Assembly (NCBI GenBank): GCA_028534125.1
Contig: CM052817.1
Location: 84,880,001 to 84,944,000 of the forward strand
Direction of reading: 5' to 3'
Source: Lama glama
Lineage: Eukaryota
Length of the DNA: 64,000 nt
The translations under genes were made by a program, and so were the position numbers. The notes under the pieces are model-generated. The model was not told the DNA's origin. It did no database searches and saw only the letters and a list, made by a program, of their open reading frames with translations. This document shows, piece by piece, positions 26,071-36,945 of the stretch (position 1 is the stretch's first letter; each line of letters opens with the position of its first letter).

Positions 26071-27924
26071 GTGATGATTGTTTGCTCCTCTTTGTAATCT
26101 TAGGACTTCAAAGATTCTCAATAAATTTATGGATTTGAATGGAAGAAAGTTGAAATATGATAGGTAATCAGTCATAGTAATCCACTCACTATCAGAAACA
26201 CAACGGAAGTTTCAGAAAACCTGGATACAGGAGGTATTATTTTTCAAGGCTCTTAATTAACTACCTAAAGACTTAGAACTTTTTCTCCACTGACTTTCGC
26301 AAGTTGGTGAAGTTTTTCATTTTTCAGGCAACTACCTCTTCAATAAGCTGCAAGCATAAGATTAAAATTAGTGCTACTGAAAAAATAGGTACAAGGTGAC
26401 GACAGATAGCTGCATACTCAGAAAGTCAGTGTTCCTGTCTGAAGTCATCTTCCAAGGGAGTAAAAAGGAAACCATTTAGATATTTCTGTAACATTATTTT
26501 CCTTCCATCCTGACTTGTATTATTTTTAGATCTGTTACATAAGGATAAATTCATAGTTAATAAAAGTGAGGAAAAAAATGAAAGAAAAAGAAAATGTTTA
26601 GGAAGCACCAGAGAATTTCAAGTATGTTTGTTTTCAATTCCATGTAATCCAGAGTATGTAATGTTTCTTAATTGTTTGTTTTTCTCCATTGTTGCTAGTG
26701 AGGATTCTCAGCATTCCTCAGGCTGTATGAATTAGCACACAGCCATGGTGGGCTGATTCTTCCTTAGGTTATGTGTGTGCTTGCAGTGCTGACTATTTAA
26801 GTTGAAAAATTACGTTTCCAAAACATGCAAGGCAGTTTAACAGAAAAGAAAAACTTAGAAAAGATTTACCACCAATTTAGACTCCAAGTGTATCTTGGGA
26901 AAAAAAAATGTCTGTTAGACCAAATTTTTATTGGACATGAGAGCTGATGAACTTACGTCTGTAGCTAGATGTTAAAATTAGAAAAATTGAAGCCAAGTTG
27001 CTTTGATGGCTTTGAAGGGATAAATCTGATAAAAGCCTTTTAGCAAAGAAAATTCTTTGACAAAGAGCATTTAGCTTGTGCAGTTTTATAATTACTGGTG
27101 AAAATTAGGAGAAAAGGAAGACAGTAGTATACTGATCAGACTTTATTCTGGCTCTGTGGTCCCCAGACTCTCCTGGATGAGATTGCTTATGAAAACTTAC
27201 ATTCGCCCTGGTGAATCTGCTATTATAGCAACTGAACACAAGCCTCAGGCACTCTGTTAACTAAACTGAAGAAATGCCACTGTAATTCCAACTGTAATCA
27301 CTGGAATATGGAGCAAAATGAACTGCGGCTGATTCAAGATGAGCCATAAGAAAAAGCAGTTTATGCAGAGTGAGAGGCCTGCTGTGGTTTTGTGTGTTTG
27401 CATGTTCACACTTATAGTGGAGGAGGCTATCTCTAGTCCCATCTCAAGAAAATAGAATGAGGTTCTGAAATCAGGGTCTGTCAGCCACATCCCTGTCCAA
27501 CACAAACCAACAAGTCAGCCTCAGGACCAGCTTGCTAAGTGATTTTATGCTTTCGTTTGTTCTTTTTGTTTTTAACCACAAAGAATATGCATTATTCTAA
27601 AAAAGAAGATATGGAGAGGTGGTTTTACCTATTATGCTGATACCCTTTATATACCTGACAACAAGTTTTGCCTAGCAAGTCACTTACGCATTTAGCAAAA
27701 GCATGGCATTTGGAAAGATCCTCCTCCTATTTACTTATTATTTTTGTGCTATTCTTTCTCCTCACTAGACAAACACACACCTGTAATGACCTCCAAGCTT
27801 AAATATATATGTTGGGAAAGTAGAGAAAGGGTATACTCGAGAGATTATAAGTATTGCTAGCCTAGAAGTTCATAAAACTCTTGACATTTGACATTGTTTA
27901 TAAATAGATAAGAGAATGTGGCAA

Positions 27925-28140
27925 TAGCATGGAAGAGTGCTGGTTGTGAACAGCAAGCATATCTATTATCAAATCATTTAAAAAGCTGTGTCAGGTTTGA
28001 GATCCTCTCCATGACCTTCCCATAGTCTGTGATGTTCACTTGTGTTCTTCTTAGAATTCATTTGAAATTTAGCAACTTGGCCCAAGTGCCTCTGCCTCTG
28101 ATGAATGAAGAATGTAGTGATGATAATACAGAAAATTCTT
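27925..28140 (+). mobile_element. MIR-like fragment
   Basis: 'atagcatggaagagtgctgg...gcaacttggcccaagtgcctctgcctctg...atgataata'. Confidence 0.45.
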
Positions 28141-28349
28141 AAAAACTCTGTGAAATGGAAAGTTTCTCCCACTATATGATTTTTAAAAAATCAAATAGGA
28201 TTACTGTAATCTTGCTTAAGTGCTTCAATTCTCCTTAAATAAACTTCAAATTCTTTACTATATCCTACAAAATCAGATGCTTGCTCTGGTCATTAACCTC
28301 ACCTCTCTGGATTTACTTCTCACATGTTATCTTTCAGAGGCAAGGCCTT

Positions 28350-30540
28350 TGCATTAATCATCTTGTACTGTCAAGACAAAATACCGTAGTCTGGGTAACT
28401 TAAACAACAGGCATATGTTTTCCTTATAGGTATGGAGAGTGAAGGTATGAGATCAGGATGACCCACATGCTCAGGTTTTGGTGAAAGCTCTTCCTGGCTT
28501 GCAGTTGACCACCCTGAGGAAAAAATAGATCTTTTTTTCCTCTTTTTATAAGGCCACAGTCTTACAGGACTAAAGCCCCACTCTTATGAACTAATTTAAT
28601 CTGAATTACTTCCCAGAGACCCTATATCCAGATACAATCACATTGGGGGTTAGGGCTTCAAAATATGAATCATAGAGGGATACAGTTCCATCCATAGCAT
28701 TCCACACTGGGCCCCCCCAAATCCATGTCCTTATCACATGCAACATGTATCCATTCCATCCCAACAGCCCCAAAAGTCTTAGCTCAATCCAGAATCAACT
28801 CTAAAATATGAAGTCCAAAGTCTATCTAAATATCACCCAAATCATATAAGGGTGATATTAAAGTTATGATTCATCCTGAGGCAAAATTCCTTACAGCTAC
28901 ACACCTATGAAATCAGACAATTTATATGCTTAAAGTATACAATGGTTAGTCATGCATAGAGTAGAATTCTCATTCCACAAAGGAAAAATTGGAAAGAAGA
29001 AAGAAGTTACAGAACCCAAAAGTCCAAAACCTAGCAAGACCAAATTCTATTAGGGCTTAAGCCTTGAGTATAATCCTCTTTGGTTTGAATGTTAATCCTC
29101 TTTGGTTTGAACATTAACCCTCCAGGCCCACTGGGGATGGCAGCATCAGCTCCCTGGCTCTGCAGGGTGGCCCTCCCTACTGCTTCAGCTCTCTGCAAGG
29201 GCTTCTGCCTCTTTGTTCTCTGAGAAGCCCCCATCCCTTCAGCTCTCTGCCAGGACCCTGTCTACACAGCTCTCTGCAAGGGCAGACCCACCCTTGAGGC
29301 ACTAGGCAAAGTCATCTTGGTTTTCTGGAAACCTGAGATGTGGTCTGACCCTTTGAAATCGAGAAGAAAGAAACAGCCTTGTGCCCTGAGCCTGTGGTGG
29401 GGTGGCAGCCCTGATGATCTCTGAATTGCCTTGAATCTTTTTTCACTTTCCTTGAAGAATAGCACATGTTTATAGTTGAAAAGCTCTATGGTCTAGTCCT
29501 GCAGAATCCAAGAAGTCCAATAGCCTTCCTTCATCTCATCCTACTTTCTCCATTCCCTTTTGTTTAAGCCGACAGTGTCTTTCCTTGTATAATCCCATTA
29601 CCATACCTGGTTTCTGCTATGATGATTGATTATTCCACAAGTTGCATTCATGATCTCCTTATCAAATGGTTGTTCAGCCACACTTAGTGTTCTCTTTCAA
29701 GCAAGCTTTCTATTTTCTTTTTCTTTTTTGTAATTTAGATAGGCTAAGAATTTTCTAAGTCTTCACATTCTGGTTCCTTTTTGCTTAACAATTCTTTCTT
29801 CAATTCATCTCTCTCCTCTTGCATTTTACTCTAATCAGTCAGGAGGAATCAAGCCACTCCTTTAATACTTTGGTTAGAAATCTGCTCAGCTAAATATCCA
29901 GTTCCATTGCTCACAAGTTCGATCTTATACAAAACACTAGAACAGTTCAATCAAGGTCTTTGCCACTTTATAACAAGGATTGCCTTTCATCCAGTTTTCA
30001 ATAACATGTTCCTCATATTTATCTGGGATCTCACAAGAATCACCTTAAACATTCATATATCTAGCACTCATCTGAAAACTCTTCCAGTCTCTACCCTACT
30101 ACCCAGTTCCAAAGCTACTTCCACATATTTAGGTGTTTACCACGGCAGCATACCACTTCTTGGTATCCAAATCTATCTTAATCAGCTAGGGCTGCCATTT
30201 CAAGATATAATATACTAGGTGGCCTAAACAACAGACATTTATTTTCACACAGTTCTGGAGGCTGAAAGTCTGACATCAGGGTGCTTGCATGGTCAGGATC
30301 TGGTGAGAGTCCTCTTCCTGGCTTGCATGTAGCCTTCTTGCTATGTCCTCATATGGCAGAGAGACATCTCTTTCTGTTTCTCTTCTTTTAAGGCCACTAG
30401 TCCTATTGGATTAGAGCCGTACCCATATGACCTTATTTAACCTTAATTACATCTGAAAGACCATATTTCCAGATCCAATCACTTTGGGAGTGACAGCTTT
30501 AACATGTAAATTTTGGGAGGACACAGTTCTGGCTGTAGCA
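28350..30540 (-). mobile_element. two-LTR MLT1A-type MaLR provirus (LTR-int-LTR)
   Basis: Homologous LTRs 28350-28699 and ~30172-30540 ('taaacaacag', 'ttcctggcttgca', 'taaggccac'), with MLT1-int beginning 'ttccacactgggccccccc'. Confidence 0.85.
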
Positions 30541-30589
30541 GCTCTCTTTAAGTTCTCCACTTTGGGATCTTGGCCATCGACTCTTTTTT

Positions 30590-30930
30590 TTTTCCTGCCT
30601 GGAACACTGCTTTTCCCAGTGCTTTGCACAGCTGAGTCCTCATTGTTCTGAGTTTATGCGTCTTTCTTCTCTTATGAGAATTTATCCTTGATCCCGTCAG
30701 TCAAAGGGAGTTGCCTGTGACCCATTAGTCATTTTCTGTGAACTCACTACATCTGTTTCTATCAGAGAACCCATCATGATTAGAATTTGGTTCCTGTTCA
30801 CTTCATTTTTAGTTTTCTCTTTCCCCCATTATGAGGACAGAAACTTTATTTCATTCACTATGTATGCTTGGCAGAGTGCTTGGCATATAGTCAGCTTTAA
30901 CAAATTTTTATTGAATTTATCAATGAATAA
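30590..30930 (+). mobile_element. L2 3' end (resumes after the MaLR insertion; upstream part ~28190-28349)
   Basis: 'cctgcctggaacact', 'gagtgcttggcatatagtcagctttaacaaatttttattgaatttatcaatgaat'. Confidence 0.7.
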
Positions 30931-31349
30931 TTAATAAAACTTGAGTACATATTTTACCTGGAAGTCATGTTAGAGTAATTTTTTAATAGAACCTACTGGA
31001 TTCCTTCTTCCTGGGTGCTAATAGTCTTTCTGTTAGAGTGAGTCACCTCTGGAAGAAAGTGAATAGATACCATAGGTGCCAGAGTGGGAGGATGCCTAGA
31101 CTCCTTCAGATCTGGCTTTGCTTTATCACTGCGCAAAGTGCAAAAATGTATTTAACCTCTTTTAATTATATAATTGCTCTAGTCAAATTTAGTTTGCAGT
31201 TCAAGATTATTAGGATACCTGTCTAATGTACTTAACTTCCTAACAGTAGATGATCTGCTAGAAATTTGATATAGGGATAATGGCTATCCATCTTGGCCCT
31301 TGATTTACTGTTTCAAAATTGCTAACTAAAGAGTTTTCATCCATAAAGA

Positions 31350-31835
31350 TGTGTTCAGTTTCAAGTAACAGAAAATCCAAGAAACAGTGCCTTAAGCCAT
31401 AAAACTTTGTTATTTACAGAATAAATGCAGAAGCAGGAAATCAAGATTGGCCTCATGGTTTAATAACAGAATCATGAACAAGCTCTTTATATCCTTCTGC
31501 TTCACATGGTTTAACGTCTTGGCTTTTTATTTTTATGTTTGTTACTGTTGGGTCACAAGATGGCTGACACAGCTTCTGGAATCACACGTATGTTTAAAGG
31601 AAGAAGGAAGAGATGACACCAGTAGTTTTCTTCTTACATCTGTCCTCCAGATAAAGTGAGGATAAAAAAGCCTTCACCAAAATTTCACAAAAGATTTTTA
31701 CTTCATTGACTGGACTGAGTCACATGACTGTTTTTAGTTGCAAAGAAACCTGAAAAAGAAAGTAGAATATGAAAAAAATAAGATGTACCCTAACAGGATT
31801 AAACAAATAATGCTTTAAGTCCTGGGCTATGGGAG
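31350..31835 (-). mobile_element. old MLT1 (K/L-like) LTR
   Basis: 'ttcagtttcaagtaacagaaaatccaa', 'ggtcacaagatggctgacacagc', 'cattgactggactgagtcacatg'. Confidence 0.65.
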
Positions 31836-31839
31836 AAGA

Positions 31840-32370
31840 CTAACCTAGTGGGTATGAGATGGTATTTCATTGTGGTTTTGATTTGCATGTTCCTAATCAT
31901 TATTGATGTTAAACATCTTTTCATGTGTTTATTTCCCATCTGTGTATCTTCTTTGGAGAAATATCTTTTCAAATCCTTTGCCCATATTTTAATCGAGTTT
32001 TTTTTTTGTAGGTATGTTGTAAGAATTCTTTATATATTCTACATATTAACCAATAACCAGATACATGGTTAGCAAATATTTTCTCTCATTCTTTGAGTTC
32101 CCTTTTTGCTCTGTTGATTGTGTTCTTTGATGCACAGACATTTTCATGTTTGATGTTATCCAATTTATCTAATTTTTTATTTTGTTGCCTGTTTTTTCAA
32201 TGTCATATCTAAAATCATTGCCAAATCCAGTATCATGAAGCTTTTCTCCTATGTTTCCTTGTAAGAGTGTCATAGATTTAGCTCTTACATGTCAGTCTTT
32301 GATGCATTTGAGTTAATTTTTGTATATGGCATAATGTAAAGGTCCAACTTCAGTCTTTTGCTTGTGGGCT
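31840..32370 (-). mobile_element. L1 ORF2 3' fragment
   Basis: 'gtgggtatgagatggtatttcattgtggttttgatttgcat...tcttctttggagaaatatc'. Confidence 0.9.
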
Positions 32371-32374
32371 TGAA

Positions 32375-33260
32375 TACACATCTTTTTCATACCTGGTGAA
32401 TGAAGTAGAAAGTGTACAAACATATATATGTAGCATCTTTTTTACTGTATATTGTAATATGATGGTTGTCTTCACAGTTGTGTGATTGAGTTATGAGTTG
32501 AACTAACCACTTTTTTATGGAATATGATTTTTATTTGAAAGAATGACTGACAGTAAAATTTTCATTATTTAGACTAAAGTATTGGCAAAGATTTTCCTGA
32601 AAATAAATGAAGTGATCTTGCTACGTGAATGTAAACAACTATAGCAACAATTTCTTGCCAATGAGAGAATTCAAACTTTGACATAAGAATTAGAACTTTT
32701 GGAAAATTTAATTATCTGTCATCCATGAATGTGACAGCTTTCCAGCTTGGCTTTTCTGTCAAGACTACTAGTGATATTCACAGATGTGGTTTTTGATATT
32801 TTATAATAAAATGTGCAACACTTGAAAGATCTCCTGAACTCAATAAAGCGATATTTTAAGTGACCAACATTTAAATGGTATTACAAAAATCATACATGAT
32901 TAAGAACTCATTTAAAGTTCATGTTAGACCAATGGATTTTAATGAAACACACTACAAAAATTCATTGAGAAAGGTTCAGATTCCACATTTCAGCTAATCT
33001 TTAAGAACTAACATTTATTGAGTTCTAGTGTAGTATCAAAGTAGAATATCTGTGAGTATCTGAAAAGACTATCAAAATATTTCTACCGTTTATAACTACA
33101 TATCTGTGTGAGGCTAGATTTTCATTACATTCTTAAAGCACAATAACATATTACAACAGATTGAAAGCAGAAGCAAAAATGAGATTATAGCCATCTAGAT
33201 TTGAGGAAATTGAAACAATAACATTAGAGTACCAATGCTTTTATGCCCTCTTAGCGAACA
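32375..33260 (+). mobile_element. Charlie1-like hAT transposon internal fragment
   Basis: 'ttttatttgaaagaatgactgac...tattggcaaagattttcctgaaaataaatgaagtg', 'tatctgtgtgaggctagattttc' (YLCEARF dimerisation-domain-like). Confidence 0.75.
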
Positions 33261-33342
33261 GAAATAGGAAATATATATATGTATATAACACTCTTTTGTG
33301 TTTCTGACCAGTATACATCTGTAATATTTCTATATGTACCAG

Positions 33343-33680
33343 TGCAATTGTTTGAATGTGTTCTTCTCAAATTCACATGTTGGAATCCTAACATCCAGTG
33401 TGATGGTGTAAAAAAGGGGGCTTTTGAGAAGTGATTAGGTCCTAGGGGAGGAGAGTTCATGAATGAGATTATGACTCTTACATAGGAGATCCTACAGAGC
33501 TCTCTAGTCCTTCTACCATATGAGGATATGAGAAGTCTGCAGCCCAGCAGAGAGCCCTTGTCTGACCATGGTGGAAGGGCTAATCTCAAACATCCAGCCC
33601 CTAGAACTGTGAGAAATAAATTTCTGTTGCGTATTAGAAACCCATTCTTTTGTTACAGTATACCCAAATGGACTAAGACA
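33343..33680 (+). mobile_element. MLT1A-type solo LTR
   Basis: 'tgtttgaatgtg...aaattcacatgttggaatcctaa...gaactgtgagaaataaatttctgttg...gactaagaca'. Confidence 0.85.
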
Positions 33681-33919
33681 ATCTGTAACATATGTATATT
33701 ATAAAATCATGAGTCTATACCAATACTTATTATTCTATTCCAGTACCTCAGAGCTCTTTCCAGACTTCCCTCTTTCCATGTTTACAAATCTTTTCTGCTG
33801 ATGAGAACATCGACTCCCTTTATTCTCAATATTTTATTTATTTGCTCAGTGTAACCTATCTGTCAACCACACTGGCTAGGTTTTCACTATAACCTTGCCT
33901 ACTGTGCAAGTTCAGTGGT

Positions 33920-34190
33920 TCCCTCTTAAAGAGTTTTCCCTTTGGTGAGAGAAATAGGCAATAAACAAGCAAAGAAATTATAGTTTCAGATATTGCAGTA
34001 GGGTAATATAAAACAAGGGAATGTAATAAAAAGTTAGAGGCATTAAATAGGTGATTAGGGAAGCTGTTTCTGGGGAATGACTTTGGCCTAGAACCTGAGT
34101 TTTGAGAAGGAGCCAGCCTCATGAATACTGGGGGTCCTGTCAGTGGGGAAGTGTGAAATCAGCAAAAAGACTGAAGCAGAAAAGAGTTTA
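33920..34190 (-). mobile_element. L2 fragment
   Basis: 'aaataggtgattagggaagct...gacttt...gaacctgag...gaaggagccagcc'. Confidence 0.55.
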
Positions 34191-34361
34191 ATGGGTATCA
34201 GTTAGGAATGTCTAATCTACAAGTAACAGAAAACTTGACTAAGTAGTTTAGTCAAACCTAGGTTTGCTTTTCAAGGTAACACAAAGTTTGGAGTAGACTA
34301 ATTTTAGCAATGATTTGGTTGCTTAATATTATTAGGACTGAGTCTCTGGGGTTCTCTTGAG

Positions 34362-34778
34362 TAGTGGTATGCTGGAGCAGTTTAAAAGAGCCAATTGTTA
34401 AATTTTTAGGAATTAGTGAGATGGTTGTGAAATAGCAATTATTAAAAATTTTTTGAACAATGACATTATTTTCAAAAGGTAATAAATACTCAAAAACTCA
34501 TCACTTCCTAATTATTTTACTGTATTTATTATCAATGCACATAAGGTTATTTATATCTATCGTTAACTGTGTGGTGAAAGTACTATATAATGGTGAGTTT
34601 ATTGCACCTATTTTCTTAAGTTGGTGTTAGATGATATCACACTGTGGCCTTTAAATAGAGTGTGATGGAGGTATTTATGCCAAGGAAATCAGCCAATGCT
34701 ATATATAAGAATTCCCCTGCACTCCCATCTCCTGCAGAAAAAACAACCGAATGTTAAATATTTAATAACACAGGATTG
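34362..34778. mobile_element. MER63-like hAT-Blackjack element with perfect 8-bp TSD, inserted in an old MLT1 LTR (~34195-34950)
   Basis: Starts tagtggtatgctggagc; 'aaaggtaataaatactcaaaaactcatcacttcctaattattttac'; TSD ctcttgag at 34354-34361 and 34779-34786. Confidence 0.85.
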
Positions 34779-35783
34779 CTCTTGAGGCTTTTTCTTTATG
34801 GTAGCAAAATGTCCGTTGCAGCTCCAGTTCTGAATTCCAAAAGGTCAAAGAAAAGGTGAGAGGTTGGGTGGGGATGGAATGAAAAAGAAATGGTGGGGGA
34901 CATGTGACTCCTGAATTAGAAAAGCAAAAGTAAAAATGCCACAGGCCACCTTTAGCTGATGGTGTTTGGGAATCAGGCTGAAAGTGAAGGTTGGCTAGGC
35001 TATTCAGGGACTGCTCCAGTGTTTGAGGGATGCAGAGGACTTTAAAACATAGGAAATAAGGAAATAATGGTAGAATAATGCAGATGGAGAGGTAAAACAA
35101 GCATGATTAGAGAGTAGATGGTGTTTTGTAACCTACCCTCCCACTTAATTCATGACAGATCTTTCTACGTTGTTAATTAATCCTCTACAACACAATTTCT
35201 AAGACTACAGAGTATTCCATTATTGAATTCTTCCCCCAAAGGAAATTCAATTGATGACTTAAAATATCTTAATATTATTAGTGTACAGTGTTTACTCTTC
35301 ATGGCCAGTACCCCAGACCACCTTTGCTTGTGTGTCATGGGACAAAGAAAGGGACAGGAGATAATCTGGTTAAATGCAGGAATTGGAAGTATTGTCAGGG
35401 GTAAAATGCTATTTTCAGGTTTTGATTATGGTATTCACTTGGTGAAATATAAGGAAAAAAATTAGGAAATAAAAGACAATTTTAACACCTTAGCCTTAAG
35501 CTTCTGCATTAAAATAAAGGGAAAGTAATGTTCATATATCAAGGGAAATAGGTTACAAGCTGAAGCATGAAAACCTCTTCACACAATCAAATGTACTGCT
35601 GAAAAGGAATTAATGGTATTCTACTTATTTTCATTGAAATAAGGTTAGAGACTCCAGCTCTGGTAAAAATTTAGCAACTGAAGGACCAATTGAATTAATT
35701 GAACTTTCCTGGGAAGGAGAATTCTAGTTATTGCTTTTCTGTTTTTCCAAACATGTTGCTATTAGATTACAACAGGCACTTAC

Positions 35784-35920
35784 AGCCTGTGAAAGCACTG
35801 GCGGTGGCACCGGGTCTCCCCAGGCTGCTCAGTTCCTGCACGAACTTCCTGTGAGGAAAGGTCTCTGGTTTAGCTGCCTTTAAACGCTGGAGATGCCATC
35901 CATTTTAGAGCTTTTAGTTT
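35784..35920 (-). other. candidate non-coding exon (137 nt)
   Basis: Minus-strand acceptor ...ttttttattttcattttttattcag and donor gtaagtg; local GC/CpG rise; stops in all three frames. Confidence 0.4.
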
Positions 35921-36789
35921 CTGAATAAAAAATGAAAATAAAAAAAGATTTTAACTTGGAAAATATGCGGCCTTTTTGTTTCAGAATACATTTTTTCCCC
36001 TTTCCTATAAGACTGGTTTGAGAATTGAGTGCTGTCAAACCTGTCAGGGAAGGAAAGATAATTTCTAGCTGAAGAGGAGACTGATTTTAAATGCAAACCA
36101 GGGGAATAATAGGGCATCAAAAGTCAAAATTAAGGGAAATATTGCTAATCTCTTTGCATTGAGGAACAGTGCAATTTAAATTAAGAAATCAGGTTTTTTC
36201 CTCTCTTTCAATGAGATGTCAAAGTAGGACAGGCTCTTCAAATCTGACAAAAAAAAAAAGTGCTGGAGTTGAGATTTTCTCCCCTGTTGTCACCAACAAG
36301 TAGTCTGAAATAAATACTCTATTTTAAAAAGAAATTTGACTGATGGCTCCTGTTTGCCTTTCAAATTATCATTTCATTTTTATTTCCTGTAGTTCAGCAT
36401 GTTCATTCAGAGAGCTACATTTCTGGTCAGAAAGGGAAACTTAAAGTGGAATCAGATAGTGAAAGAAGGATAGAGAACGTTCTCCTGTACATATCATTCC
36501 AAATACCAGAATTACAGATGATGTGTTAACCTGTGACCCGCTGTTCTGTTCTTACATTTTTTCGATAAGTCAGGAATTCTAAGAATAATAGAAGTGTGAG
36601 AAGCATAGATATTGTTTCCTGAGAGAGCCTCTGTCTATCTAGTTGTACTCCAGAGAACACGAGGAACCTCAGAAGCTGCTGCCTTTTTGAAAAGCATCTT
36701 GACATTTCTAAAAGGAAAAGATTGGATACACTTTTTGTTCTTTACATGACTTCTCCAAATAATTTATTGGATGCTTTAATGTGTCTGTT

Positions 36790-36945
36790 ATTCTTTGAAG
36801 CTCTGTATTAGCATTGTCTTGTTTAATCTTTGCAATAACTTTATGAGATAGTGATATTATCTCCTTTTTATAGATGAGAAATTGGGTCTTGAAGAGATTT
36901 AGTGATGCTGCACAGCCAGTAAGCAGTGGAATTACAGAAAAGCCC
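36790..36945 (-). mobile_element. MIR
   Basis: 'tttaatctttgcaataactttatgagatag...tatagatgagaaattggg...cacagccagtaagcagtgga'. Confidence 0.8.
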
